Shown: one piece after another, positions 15,801-27,000 of the stretch
Layout of the letters: each line of letters opens with the position of its first letter
How positions within the stretch are numbered: the first letter of the stretch is position 1
DNA from: Dendrobates tinctorius
Taxonomy: Eukaryota
Reading direction: 5' to 3'
Assembly: GCF_039654945.1 (NCBI RefSeq)
Contig: NW_027361924.1
Location: 10,478,001 to 10,542,000 of the forward strand
Length of the DNA: 64,000 nt
Made by a program: the position numbers and the translations under genes
Notes under the pieces: generated by a model
What the model was told of the DNA's origin: nothing
Database searches by the model: none
The model's input: the letters and a program-made list of their open reading frames with translations, nothing else

Positions 15801-17269
15801 GCAGTGATAACATGGTGTCTGATACCAGCACTCATAGAGGGATCAGTATACAGCGCTGATAACATGGTGTCTGATACCAGCGCTCATAGAAGGATCAGTA
15901 TACAGCAGTGATAACATGGTGTCTGATACCAGCACTCATAGAAGGATCAGTATACAGCGCTGATAACATGGTGTCTGATACCAGCGCTCATAGAAGGATC
16001 AGTATACAGCAGTGATAACATGGTGTCTGATACCAGCGCTTATAGAAGGATCAGTATACAGCACTGATAACATGGTGTCTGATACCAGCGCTCATAGAAG
16101 GATCAGTATACAGCAGTGATAACATGGTGTCTGATACCAGCGCTTATAGAAGGATCAGTATACAGCACTGATAACATGGTGTCTGATACCAGCGCTCATA
16201 GAAGGATCAGTATACAGCACTGATAACATGGTGTCTGATACCAGCGCTCATAGAAGGATCAGTATACAGCAGTGATAACATGGTGTCTGATACCAGCACT
16301 CATAGAGGGATCAGTATACAGCGCTGATAACATGGTGTCTGATACCAGCGCTCATAGAAGGATCAGTATACAGCAGTGATAACATGGTGTCTGATACCAG
16401 CGCTTATAGAAGGATCAGTATACAGCACTGATAACATGGTGTCTGATACCAGCGCTCATAGAAGGATCAGTATACAGCAGTGATAACATGGTGTCTGATA
16501 CCAGCACTCATAGAAGGATCAGTATACAGCACTGATAACATGGTGTCTGATACCAGCGCTTATAGAAGGATCAGTATACAGCAGTGATAACATGGTGTCT
16601 GATACCAGCGCTCATAGAAGGATCAGTATACAGCGCTGATAACATGGTGTCTGATACCAGCGCTCATAGAAGGATCAGTATACAGCACTGATAACATGGT
16701 GTCTGATACCAGCGCTCATAGAAGGATCAGTATACAGCACTGATAACATGGTGTCTGATACCAGCGCTCATAGAAGGATCAGTATACAGCACTGATAACA
16801 TGGTGTCTGATACCAGCACTCATAGAGGGATCAGTATACAGCACTGATAACATGGTGTCTGATACCAGCACTCATAGAAGGATCAGTATACAGCGCTGAT
16901 AACATGGTGTCTGATACCAGCGCTCATAGAAGGATCAGTATACAGCACTGATAACATGGTGTCTGATACCAGCGCTCATAGAAGGATCAGTATACAGCAC
17001 TGATAACATGGTGTCTGATACCAGCGCTCATAGAAGGATCAGTATACAGCACTGATAACATGGTGTCTGATACCAGCGCTCATAGAAGGATCAGTATACA
17101 GCACTGATAACATGGTGTCTGATACCAGCGCTCATAGAAGGATCAGTATACAGCACTGATAACATGGTGTCTGATACCAGCGCTCATAGAGGGATCAGTA
17201 TACAGCACTGATAACATGGTGTCTGATACCAGCACTCATAGGATCAGTATACAGCACTGATAACATGGT
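6897..17269. repeat. 52-bp tandem satellite, right segment (~200 copies)
   Basis: Same 52-bp unit as 1-3407, continuous to ~17269. Confidence 0.98.
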
Positions 17270-17409
17270 ATATAACGTTGGAAGCCATGTACAAGGAGAA
17301 CAAATAACCTATAAAATGGCAGCATCAAGGCTGTTCTTCTTGCCCCAGTGTATTCATGTTTCCTCCCAACTCCACCATATTGAACGAAGTTAAAAGAGGT
17401 ATCTATCTA

Positions 17410-18172
17410 CACAAAATGGCTCACCTTATCCTGCTCCTCTTGTCACACACTTCTCACAGTCACCATCTTCTGGACTGCCAAAGAAGATGCAGCTATCACA
17501 TGTAGATTCCTGTGTGTGGTGTCAGCCATGTCTGCAGGGTATACACAGGAGCAGCGAGGCAGACTCATGAGGTAAATGGCAAGAGGCACACGCAATGTCT
17601 GAGGTAAAACCACCGTCTTATGTGAGGTAGAGAACACCACACCAAGACATGGCGAGTGAAGTGAATGTCGCCACGTTGTGACAGGTGGTAGCCCCTGTGT
17701 TATACTCCCTGAGGCTGTAGACATGTTTCAGATATTTCTTCAAGTCAGAGAAATAGAACAAAATGGCTGTCCTTATGCTGCGTTTCCTGTCACACACTTC
17801 CCAGTCACCATCACACCAGGATTCATGAGGAAGCTGCAGACGTAACATGTAGAATAAAATAACATTACTGTATGAGGTGTTGGCCATGTCTGCATTCTGG
17901 ATACAGGAGCAGTGAGGGCGGCAGATGCATGAGGTGAATGGCGGAGGTGCACACACACAGTGTCTGAGGTAAAATTTTCCTCTGTACATGAGGTAGATGA
18001 ACCTACATAAATACCTGGCGTGTGAAGTGAATTTTGTCCAGTTCTGTCAAGCGATAGTCCCTATATTATACTCTCTGAGGCTGCAGACATGTTTCTGCCA
18101 TTTCCTTTAGTGAGAGAAAACACACAAAATGGCTGCCCTTATCCTGCTGCTCCTGTCACACACTCCCCACAG
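17410..18172. repeat. Degenerate ~350-365-bp tandem duplication (about 2.1 copies)
   Basis: ACAAAATGGCT..CCTTAT.CTGC...TGTCACACACT at ~17411, ~17758 and ~18124. Internal blocks (GCCATGTCTGCA, TGTCTGAGGTAAAA, TGAGGCTG.AGACATGTTTC) are repeated in the same order. Confidence 0.75.
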
Positions 18173-18459
18173 CGTGATGTAATATCTCTTCCTGAATTCA
18201 TTTTTCTTGATAATCCAGGTACAGGCAGCGTCTATCAGACAGTAATATTTCAGGATCTCATTGTGAGGAGAATTGGCAACCCTGAAATGACACCGTTATG
18301 GGCTGCGAGATGCTCCTCAAACATGGCGGTCTCGCAGCGTAGACGTTATTTCACAGACGGGACAGGAGACTTTGTACATTAAGTACAGAAGATCCTGGTC
18401 TCCTCCATACCAGGCTGAGTGGATGGAAACGCTCCACTATGTTCCCCAGCTTACACTTC

Positions 18460-19040
18460 TTCTCAAATGAACATTCTCCGTTCCATAAACAGCAGTGTCT
18501 GAATTTGTCTTTAAAAATTCATAATATGTCGTTTTTTGAGGATTTATCAATCTAGTGAATCACTGACCTAATATTGAGTTGTTACCCACAGTTTTTTTTA
18601 GAACTGCTTCACATCCATGTCGCATAGAGTCAGCCACCTTCTGGCCGCTGTCACCGCCCGGGACGCTCGGACTACATCCCACAGTTTTATGCATTTGTTG
18701 GCTTTGCCTCAGAAACGGCATTTGTAACGTCACCCCGCAAGTGTTCTATCGGATTCAGGTAACCTTAATAACCTCAATTTTGTTGGACTGGAACCAAGAT
18801 TTTGCTTATTTACTTGTGTGTTTATGGTCGATGTCTTGTTGAAACACCCATTTCAAGGACATATCCTCTTCAGCGTAAGGCAACATGACCTCTTCAGGTA
18901 TTGTAATGTCGGCAAACTGGTCCATGATCCCTGGTGTGCGGTAAATAGGTCCGGCACCATAGTAAGAGAAACATACCCATAGCATGATGCTTCCACCATG
19001 CTTCACTGTCTGCAGAGTGTACTGTGGTCTGAATGCAGTT
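18460..19040 (-). mobile_element. Tc1/mariner transposase fragment (DDE domain, decayed)
   Basis: Minus-strand translation TVKHGGSIMLWVCFSYYGAGPIYRTPGIMDQ...WVFQQDIDHKHTSK matches the Tc1 motifs TVKHGGG.VMVWGCF and FQQDNDPKHTS. It is followed by stops. Boundaries are approximate. Confidence 0.85.
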
Positions 19041-19050
19041 TGGGGACAGT

Positions 19051-19288
19051 CTCCGCAGCTGCATGTTTTGCGGCTGTGTGACAGGCACCACCCATGCATG
19101 GCGAACCCAACAAACAGGATCTCCATGCATGTGCTGCGACTGTCACACAGCCACGACACATGCAGCTGCGGAGCCGAACAGCTGATCAGCCGGCACGCTC
19201 CATGTATCGGGGTTCCCGCTGTAGCTTATACGGTAAGCGCTATAGCTTGCCGAATAAGCAGGGACCCCAGCAAGTTCGCTCAACTCTA
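19051..19288. mobile_element. Partial palindromic MITE (TAGAG[AT]TGAGCGAA-type terminus)
   Basis: Near-perfect 34-bp inverted repeat at 19051-19084 / 19140-19173. Ends in GTTCGCTCAACTCTA, the same terminus type as the element at 46427-46648. Confidence 0.6.
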
Positions 19289-19299
19289 GCAACCAGACC

Positions 19300-21050
19300 C
19301 CATCATACAGTGACAACATAGTACAATATGGTGATGTCGTAACCAAACGATTAGATTGGGATCAATTACTACAACATCTCCAGAGATCATTATGAGCCTA
19401 TGAATTTTTGTAGCTTCCAGAATGGTTAGGTCGGTGACATCCAACGGTTTGCTGGGCTTACTGCCCATATATAGCATTTTTCTTTCGGGGGTCAGTGATT
19501 TTTTTAAGGGTCAAAGTACCTATACTTTGGCATCAATCTGAGTCACTACGTTTACAACACTTACATAAAGTTATCAGAGAATGCTCATTGCATTCTTTTA
19601 GAAGGATTTGTTTCTTGCTGACATGTGCACGGCCCGGTCTTCAGATACCAAATATTATCATCCAGACATAGGCCGAGAGTAAACAAAAATATAAACGAAA
19701 TCCCCCATACCTAGCTTATAGATGGCTGCATTTTTGAAGAGGATTGTTCCTTGGGGGGCTTATACTTCTTATGCACTAACCTAAACTTGACATGCCAAAA
19801 TCCCTAAAAAAGGAAAGGAGAAATTAAGACAAAACCTATGTTTTACCCAGCTGTGTAGGACTCTTCCATGATGCGCAGTCAGTCTAAAATGCTCAAAAAA
19901 ATCCTCTTTAAAGTGGTCCTAACCTGGGGAGTAGACCGGACAGCCTCCCATCACTTTCATCTCAGTCAATTGGTGACCACAGTCTTCTTGCTTCTTCTTA
20001 CTCATCCTTCAAACGACCTTCACTTTGGCCCCAAATCTTGTGTGCCCTCTTACCTCGGACAGTTCCCTCAATTAATCCCCTCCAAGTGCAAGAAAGGGCA
20101 ACATGTCCAACTGAACATAAGCCACAATATCACAAGAGAATATCGTCATTTCCGGCAGCACATCTATTTACACGGGGGAGAACGCGTGATCAAGAATAAT
20201 TATTTTAAAGCTGGGAAACACAAAATTGAATAAAAGGAGGGCACAGACCCATCCCAGCAAACTGATGGAAACCTCAGAAGAAAACGGAATCAAAAGAACA
20301 ATTGCTATTCCCGTTGTTGAGACACTTGGTGAAAAGGTGGTGGGAGATGGTTGTAAAATGCCTAAAGCTTCATCTCACCCACCAAAGAAGTTTACTTGTC
20401 GAGATGGAAGCCAAGTTGGGCCGGGTACAACAAAGCATATTGAATTTGCCTTTCTTAGAGAATTTGTCAATTGGGTGTAAAAGATGATCATTCGGAGGTA
20501 ACCCAACAGAGAAATCATGGAATACAATTAACTTTTTTTTTTTTTTTTTACAAGGCTCCGACCCTGTGAGCTTTATCAATAGCCAGAGGTTTAGTGGTTG
20601 ATAGTTGTAAGGTCTACGTCAACCATTGTCATCGAAAAGAAGTGTTCTGGTACGTAAACTTTCTGTAGGTTATTTCTTTACTTGAACTTGTTGGACTTAG
20701 GTCTTTTTTCAACATCATCGATTTTTACCTATAGGGCTTTCAGGATATTTTCAGCATCTTCTAGCCAGATATTACAAGAATGGCCATGTTCTTCTAGAGC
20801 TGGAATCTTTTCTGCCTCAAGAACTCTTTCGGATTGTCTAGAGACAAGATTTACAACTTTATCCAGAGAGGATTGGAAGGATATTACTCATGTTTCAATG
20901 CAGGGCAATAAAATATCAGATGTCTTTTGCTTTAGCTTGCAAAGTAGTAGAATCAAAATATCAGAAGTTTTGGATTGTCTTAGTGTCTTGGCTTTCATCA
21001 GACGTACCGGCATTATCCATGAGGAGCTTCGTTATATCAGCAATGACAAG
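19300..21050 (-). mobile_element. Highly decayed L1-clade LINE, 5' portion (ORF1 + start of ORF2 endonuclease)
   Basis: Minus-strand fragments: RVLEAEKIPALEE..VKIDDVEKR (coiled coil / DLENR-like), IDKAHRVG (~20555-20580), IQYALLYPAQL (ORF1 C-terminus), then CQQETN and MISGDVVVIDP (EN motifs LQET, GGDFN). Many stops and frameshifts. Confidence 0.7.
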
Positions 21051-22629
21051 CCTCAAAGAAGGAAATAAGAAAGACTTATTATTTGGAAAGTCACACTAGA
21101 AGGGGTGTAACTATCTGGTGATAGGCCCCGCGTGGTAGTGGTAGACCTGTTAGATGAGTGAGAAATCTTGGTGTGTTCTTCATGCCAATCTCCTGCCGGA
21201 GTATCTTGGGAGATGGAAGACCGGACCTGGTCCGCCGCCTATCCCACTGCTCACTTGTCACTCAACAGCCCTGTATGGCGTGGCAGCAGTAGTTATCCGG
21301 AGAGTCACCATTAACCCTATGGTCACGCAGCAGTCAGGATAATTCTTTATTTTCTTAGTTAGAGGTGAAATTAATCAATACAAAAGTTAAACTCAACAAG
21401 AGATCAAACTTTTTTTTTTTTAATTAATTTATTCCTTTCTTTTTACATCAGATTCTCATCAAATGAACAAAAATCATTATTTTATCAATAACCGTCATTA
21501 TCCAGAGTTGTAGCACTGAATGCCCTTGCTTGTGGTTGGCAAATGGGGTAAAATCCCATCACGGACAAATGTTCCACCAAGCAGCCTACAGGGTTAGCAG
21601 CCGCTCGGGTTAGTGTTCTCTCTAAAGCTAGGTCGCTTCAGATATTAACAATGGTTCCTTATAGGAAAACACCGAAATCGCAGCTCACAAATTTTAGTAT
21701 TGTAGTAAGTTTACCAAGACTTGCAGGCAGCACCATGATATTGTGGAGACTACCATTATCGAACCCTGATGTATAAAGAATTCCTTCTAACATCTCTACA
21801 TCCAACGGCTTCATTATCGTTCTTTTGGGGGGAAATTAGGCGACAACCAATAAGGACACCATTATTCAAGCCACAGAAGTTGTCAGCCAGCTCCTCAGAG
21901 ACTGCAAAATGCCAACCGTCCAATTAAGCAGCAATATATCCCTGTACATCTGAAACCGTAATGGTGGCCATTATTAGTTTTCACCCAGCTTTCCCACAGA
22001 GACAGCTGAATGGCAGAAGACAACGACTCAGGAACAATTTTATGCTCCAAAATCAATATACTGATTAATGTACACTACGAAGATGGCGGCTGAACCTTGA
22101 CGCTAAAGTCTGATGGCGTCTCATCAGCTGCCTGTCCATTGGGTTTACAGGGTTTGGGGCCGCAGGGAGACTTTTAGAGCGGCCACCATGGTGCTTAGTA
22201 AACGTCAAAGTGTAGAAAAGGGGATCAGCTGCCAGCTTAGCCACAAGCCCCTAAGACCAATGCAAACATGCAGGCCGGCGCCCGTCGTGCCACGCTCACA
22301 GCTGCACATACAAGGCTGGCACAGTTACAATATACTCTGTCACATGGCACATCAAGCGGGCACTAAACTGACATTTATATATTGTCTGGCACATTGTAGT
22401 GTAGTAGATTGCCAGACAGACAGCCACAGATTGAGATTAATGTGGGGGGCATCGCTAGCAGCCCATCTGGAATGTAAATGATTGGAGAAGAGATTGAGCC
22501 CCAACCTGGATCTCTCCAGTGCAGAAACCGTACCAGGAGACAGCGAGAAGGAGCGGGGTCAATGGCATGGCTGGAAGTCAGATCTAGGAAAAAAAAAATA
22601 ATATATGTATATACATATGTGTGTGATCA

Positions 22630-22692
22630 TGTATTATACCCCAGAGCTGCACTCACTATTCTGCTTGAGTCACTATGTACGTACATTACACT
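22630..22692 (+). repeat. Single degenerate monomer of the 86-bp satellite
   Basis: TGTATTATACCCCAGAGCTGCACTCACTATTCTGCT..AGTCACT.TGTAC.TACATTACA matches the unit of 29948-32960. Confidence 0.8.
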
Positions 22693-22699
22693 CTGACAA

Positions 22700-23976
22700 T
22701 GTACAATCTGGTTCCATCCCCACCATTCCACTGAGACTGCCCTGACCAAAATTAATAACGACCTACTTACAGCCAATTCTCTATACTCCGCCTTCTACAC
22801 CTGTCCTCTGCCTTCGACACAGTTGACCACTGCTTCCTACTACAGATCCTCTCCTCCTCTGGCATCAGAGACCTCGCCCTGTCCTGGATCTCCTATACCT
22901 TTCTAACCGCACATTCAGCGTCTCCCACTCCCACACTACCTCCTCATCCCATCCTCTGTCTGTTGGAGTCCCCCAAGGCTCTGTTTTAGGACCCCTACTC
23001 TTCTCAATTTATACCCTTGGCCTGGGGCAACTCAAAGTCCCACGGATTCCACTACCACCTTTATGCTGATGACACTCAGATCTACCTCTCTGGCCCAGAC
23101 ATCACCTCTCTGCTCTCCAGAATCCCAGAGTGTCTATCAGCCATATCATCCTTCTCCTCTCGCTTCCTCAAGCTCAATGTGGACAAATCTGAATTCAATA
23201 TCTTTCCTCCATCTCACATATATTTCCTACCTCTTCTATCACAATAAATGACGTCATGCTTTCCCCCGTACCGGAAGTCTGCTGTCTTGGAGTAACCCTT
23301 GACTCTGTTCTGTCCTTCAAACCGCACATCCAAGCTCTCGCCACCTCCAGCTCAAAAATATTTCCAGAATCCGTCCTTACCTCAACCCTCAATCTACTAA
23401 AATGCTTGTGCACACCCTCATTATCTCCCTCCTCCACTACTGCAACATCCTCTTCTGTGGTCTCCTCACTGGCTCCCACTTCCTCAGAGTATTCAGTCCA
23501 AATTACTAATACTGACCTACAAAGCCATCTATAACCTGTCTCCTCCATACATCTCCGAACTAACCTCCCGATATCTTCCCTCACGTAATCTCCTGTCCTC
23601 CTTCTCTCCTCCACACTTATTCGCTCCTCACCCAATCACCTCCAAAGACTTCTCTTGAATATCACCCATCCTCTGGAATGCTGTGCCCCAACAAGTCCGG
23701 CTATCAACCACCTTTGGCTTCTTTGAACGGAACTTGAAAACCCACCTCTTCAAGAAAGCTTACAGCCTGCAATGACCCCGCTGCCTCAACCCCCCAAACT
23801 ACTGTCTCCTTCCCCACCTTCCTGTAGAATGTAAGCCCGCGGGGGCAGGGTCCTCTCCCCTCTGTATCAGTCTCTCATTGTTCATTTTTTTAGTGTAAGT
23901 GGTATTTTGTATGTAACCCCCTTCTCATGTACAGAACCGTGGAACCAATGGTGCTATAATAAAAATAAATAATAAT
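22700..23976 (+). mobile_element. L2-clade LINE 3' fragment (decayed RT + 3' UTR)
   Basis: [40 protein letters not shown] and [10 protein letters not shown] occur in broken frames. Ends in an AATAAAAATAAATAATAA tail at ~23958-23976. Confidence 0.88.
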
Positions 23977-24017
23977 TACACTATATAAATGTATCAGACG
24001 GATCCACTCACCCTTTG

Positions 24018-27000
24018 TCACTCATCGATCCCGATAGAACAGGAGTCGGGTCCCAGCGCTGTAAGAACGCAGCGGATCAGTATACAGTCGTACCTAACAG
24101 AGCGGCGTCAGCACATTGTATAGTGAGGTACGGCAGCCAGATACACAAGACATTCCTTGGTGCAGGGACCGGGGAGGAGAGATCAGCTTCTGTTCATGCC
24201 AGAACAGAGTTGCTCACTGAGCAGCCCGCGCTGTACGATGACTGGATCCCGTACACACTACAACATGGCGGCTTCTAATCTAGAGGTTTCACTCACCTGA
24301 CACGTCCTGGGTGTCATCCTCTTTCAGCTCCTGGGGCTCTGGGCTGTCGATCGGCTCATCATTCTGCGATTGTGATCCTATGACAGAGAAGTGACGACGT
24401 GGTTAATATCACTCGGGTACAGGAGCGAATGCCCCAATGAGATAAAGGGGGTCTCCGAGGCTGCCACTTCAGCACATGGAGGCGAGCGGCGTTGATGGCA
24501 AGAACGCACTGACGTTGCAGTTGGGCTAGACAATCCAGAATGCAGTTTTATATTTTCTTAGCATTATGTTAGCGGGCACCTATTCACACTAGTCAGGGAC
24601 GGGCTGGTCAGTTTTTTCAGTTTGATGGCGACAACAGCTGGCAATTACCATCCACGCGTCCTGCAGGCACCTCAGCGCCGCTGACCTCCTGATGCAGATG
24701 TGAGCAGCACTGGAGGACCCCTTTAATTTGACAAGAGCAAAACAATAGAGGCTTCTTACCACGATGCGCAGAGACAATCTCTGGAGTGTCAGCAGAGGAG
24801 ATATTCTATAAAGACAAAGGCAGAGTTACTCAGCAGCTACTCCGGTGGTCTCTGACGGGACAGGAATCAGCAACGTCCCATACTTTGATCACCAGACCTG
24901 TGATTGGCTGCAGTGGTCAGGTGCCTGAACCCACCTCTATCTGTGAAGAGTCTCTGCTAATCGATCCCAATAACGCTGGCCTCTCGCAGTCGCCTGTTCC
25001 TGTTACTTCTTCATCCTCTTCATGGATGGGAGAGGAGGGGGACCGCAGACCACTGTGGGACCATGAAAGAGAAAGGGTTAAAAAGGGGCTGTCCAAAGCT
25101 TAAGTCATCAACATCAGATACCAGGTGAATAATCAGCCATTATCAGATCCTATGTACAGAGCGGGACTAGAACAGCGCCATACACCGTATAGTGGCCGTT
25201 CTTGGTACTGCAGCTTAGATCACATTCACTTTAATAGCAGCTGAGCTGCAGTACCGAGAACGGCCACTACACAGAGCCGGCTGTTCTGGCTCTTCACACT
25301 GGGTACATCCAAAAGCTGATTGGTGGAGGTGTGAAAAGTAAGACCACCACGTCCTCACCTGTCTGGGGTCTTTATGTGCTTGCTTTTGTGATGGGAGTTG
25401 TCTGGAGCACTCCGAGCGGGCAGACCCTCGCTGTAAGGAATCTCCTCATATAGAGGGGCACTGGCAGGGGGAGACCGCAGTCCATTCAGCGCCTCCAGCA
25501 GAGATATGGGCTCAAACCCAGGAGGGATATTATCTGCACCCTATAAGAAAGCGACACAATGGCGGCTCTTTACAGCGCGTCCCCTCCATGCCGACACATA
25601 CACACGAGCTCGGCCACTTACAGAGTTGTCATCGTGGTCCAGAGTCTGGGCCAGGACGGGGCTGAAGGAGATGGGCGGAAGCGGTCCCGGCTTCCTCCGC
25701 ACGGCGCGGATCTGCAGTAAGGCACGGAAAGCTGCGAAAAGACAACATCTGAGATGAAAGAGTGCAGGTATGGGGGACGCTCGAGTAATAAGCCCCTCGA
25801 GCAGAGGCGGTAACTCACGCAGTCGGCAGATGGGACAGTTGTTGGCCTGGTAGCGCAAGGTGTCGGCACAGGAGTTGCACAGACAGAGGTGTCGACAGGG
25901 CAGGATCAGCGTGTCCCGCAGGTCAGAGAGGCAGACCACGCACTCGTTACTGTTATCGCTGTTCTCGTCTTCGGAGGGCTGTGATGAAACAGAGGGGAAC
26001 AAAAAAGACCCCCCAGAGGGGAAAAAATAAACAAACACTAAATAGGGGGTCGTCAGTGCGAGATCGGTGGGGACCTGACCCTGCACTATCCACGTGTGTA
26101 TGATCGAGTGTGACACCGACCCTTCTCCTGCTCCTTACGGGGGTCTGCTCATGGGCCCGAGCCCCATTACTATGGCCAATGATGGAGTGAGCGCTCACCT
26201 TAGTTTCCTGATTGTTCTTATTCTCGATGCCATAGATTTCCTGCAGCAGATAACTGACACGATCCACCTGTAACACACACGGCCCGGGCGGGTCAATGAT
26301 GGCGGCCAGACGACTAGTCACGTCTACTAACCGGTACTGTCCTACATTACTCATAACATGCCCCCCCACACTGGGGTCCCAGTACCTCAGCCGCATTAAC
26401 AAAACAGGGAACTCCCCTGTAATCATGTAGAACATAAGTGGAGATAAGCGGCTGCCAGTCACCACTATTGATGCTGACTTCAATGAGACAATGTCTGGGG
26501 TCGCCCTGCTGAGCATTGGTGCTAAATCCACAGACATGTCAGATACAAGAATAGTCATGTTACTCACTATCTGCTTCTGCTTCAGAGGTTTCACCGAGAA
26601 ACTGCCATCGACGTGCTGCAGAGAGGAGGAAAGCATCAGAGGAGAAGGAGGGAGACTGCAGCTGCAAAACACACGGCCGGTGGGAAGGCGCTGCTGCACT
26701 GCAGGTTGGACCTGTCCCACGGCTTTGTCTGACACCCAGCAGCTATGGGGCTACTCCGGATCCCTAACGGGCGTCAGACAGTACCCTCAGGTAGAGGAGA
26801 GTGGAGCTGCACCCTCCCCCGGATACACAGGCAGTGATGGTTGAAAGCTATGGGGTTGTGAGCCGGGTCTCACCTTCTCGAATGCAGCCAAGAGGACGTG
26901 AGCGTGTCCCGATCCCTCTGTGGAAAGGAGAGAGAAGTCATCCATTTCTTGTAACCCCACTCCCATCAGTACAGAGATTACACCCACACTTACCTCCACC

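Noticed and set aside
1-17269. Regular short repeats suggesting a CRISPR array
   Set aside because: Units are head-to-tail with no unique spacers, there are no cas genes, and the context is eukaryotic.
19868-21099. Plus-strand ORFs of 60-128 aa
   Set aside because: Antisense to the decayed L1; the recognisable motifs are on the minus strand.
24095-24190. Possible extra phase-1 MGRN1 exon ([13 protein letters not shown]...)
   Set aside because: It would leave only a ~36-nt intron before the last coding exon, and I recognise no homology.
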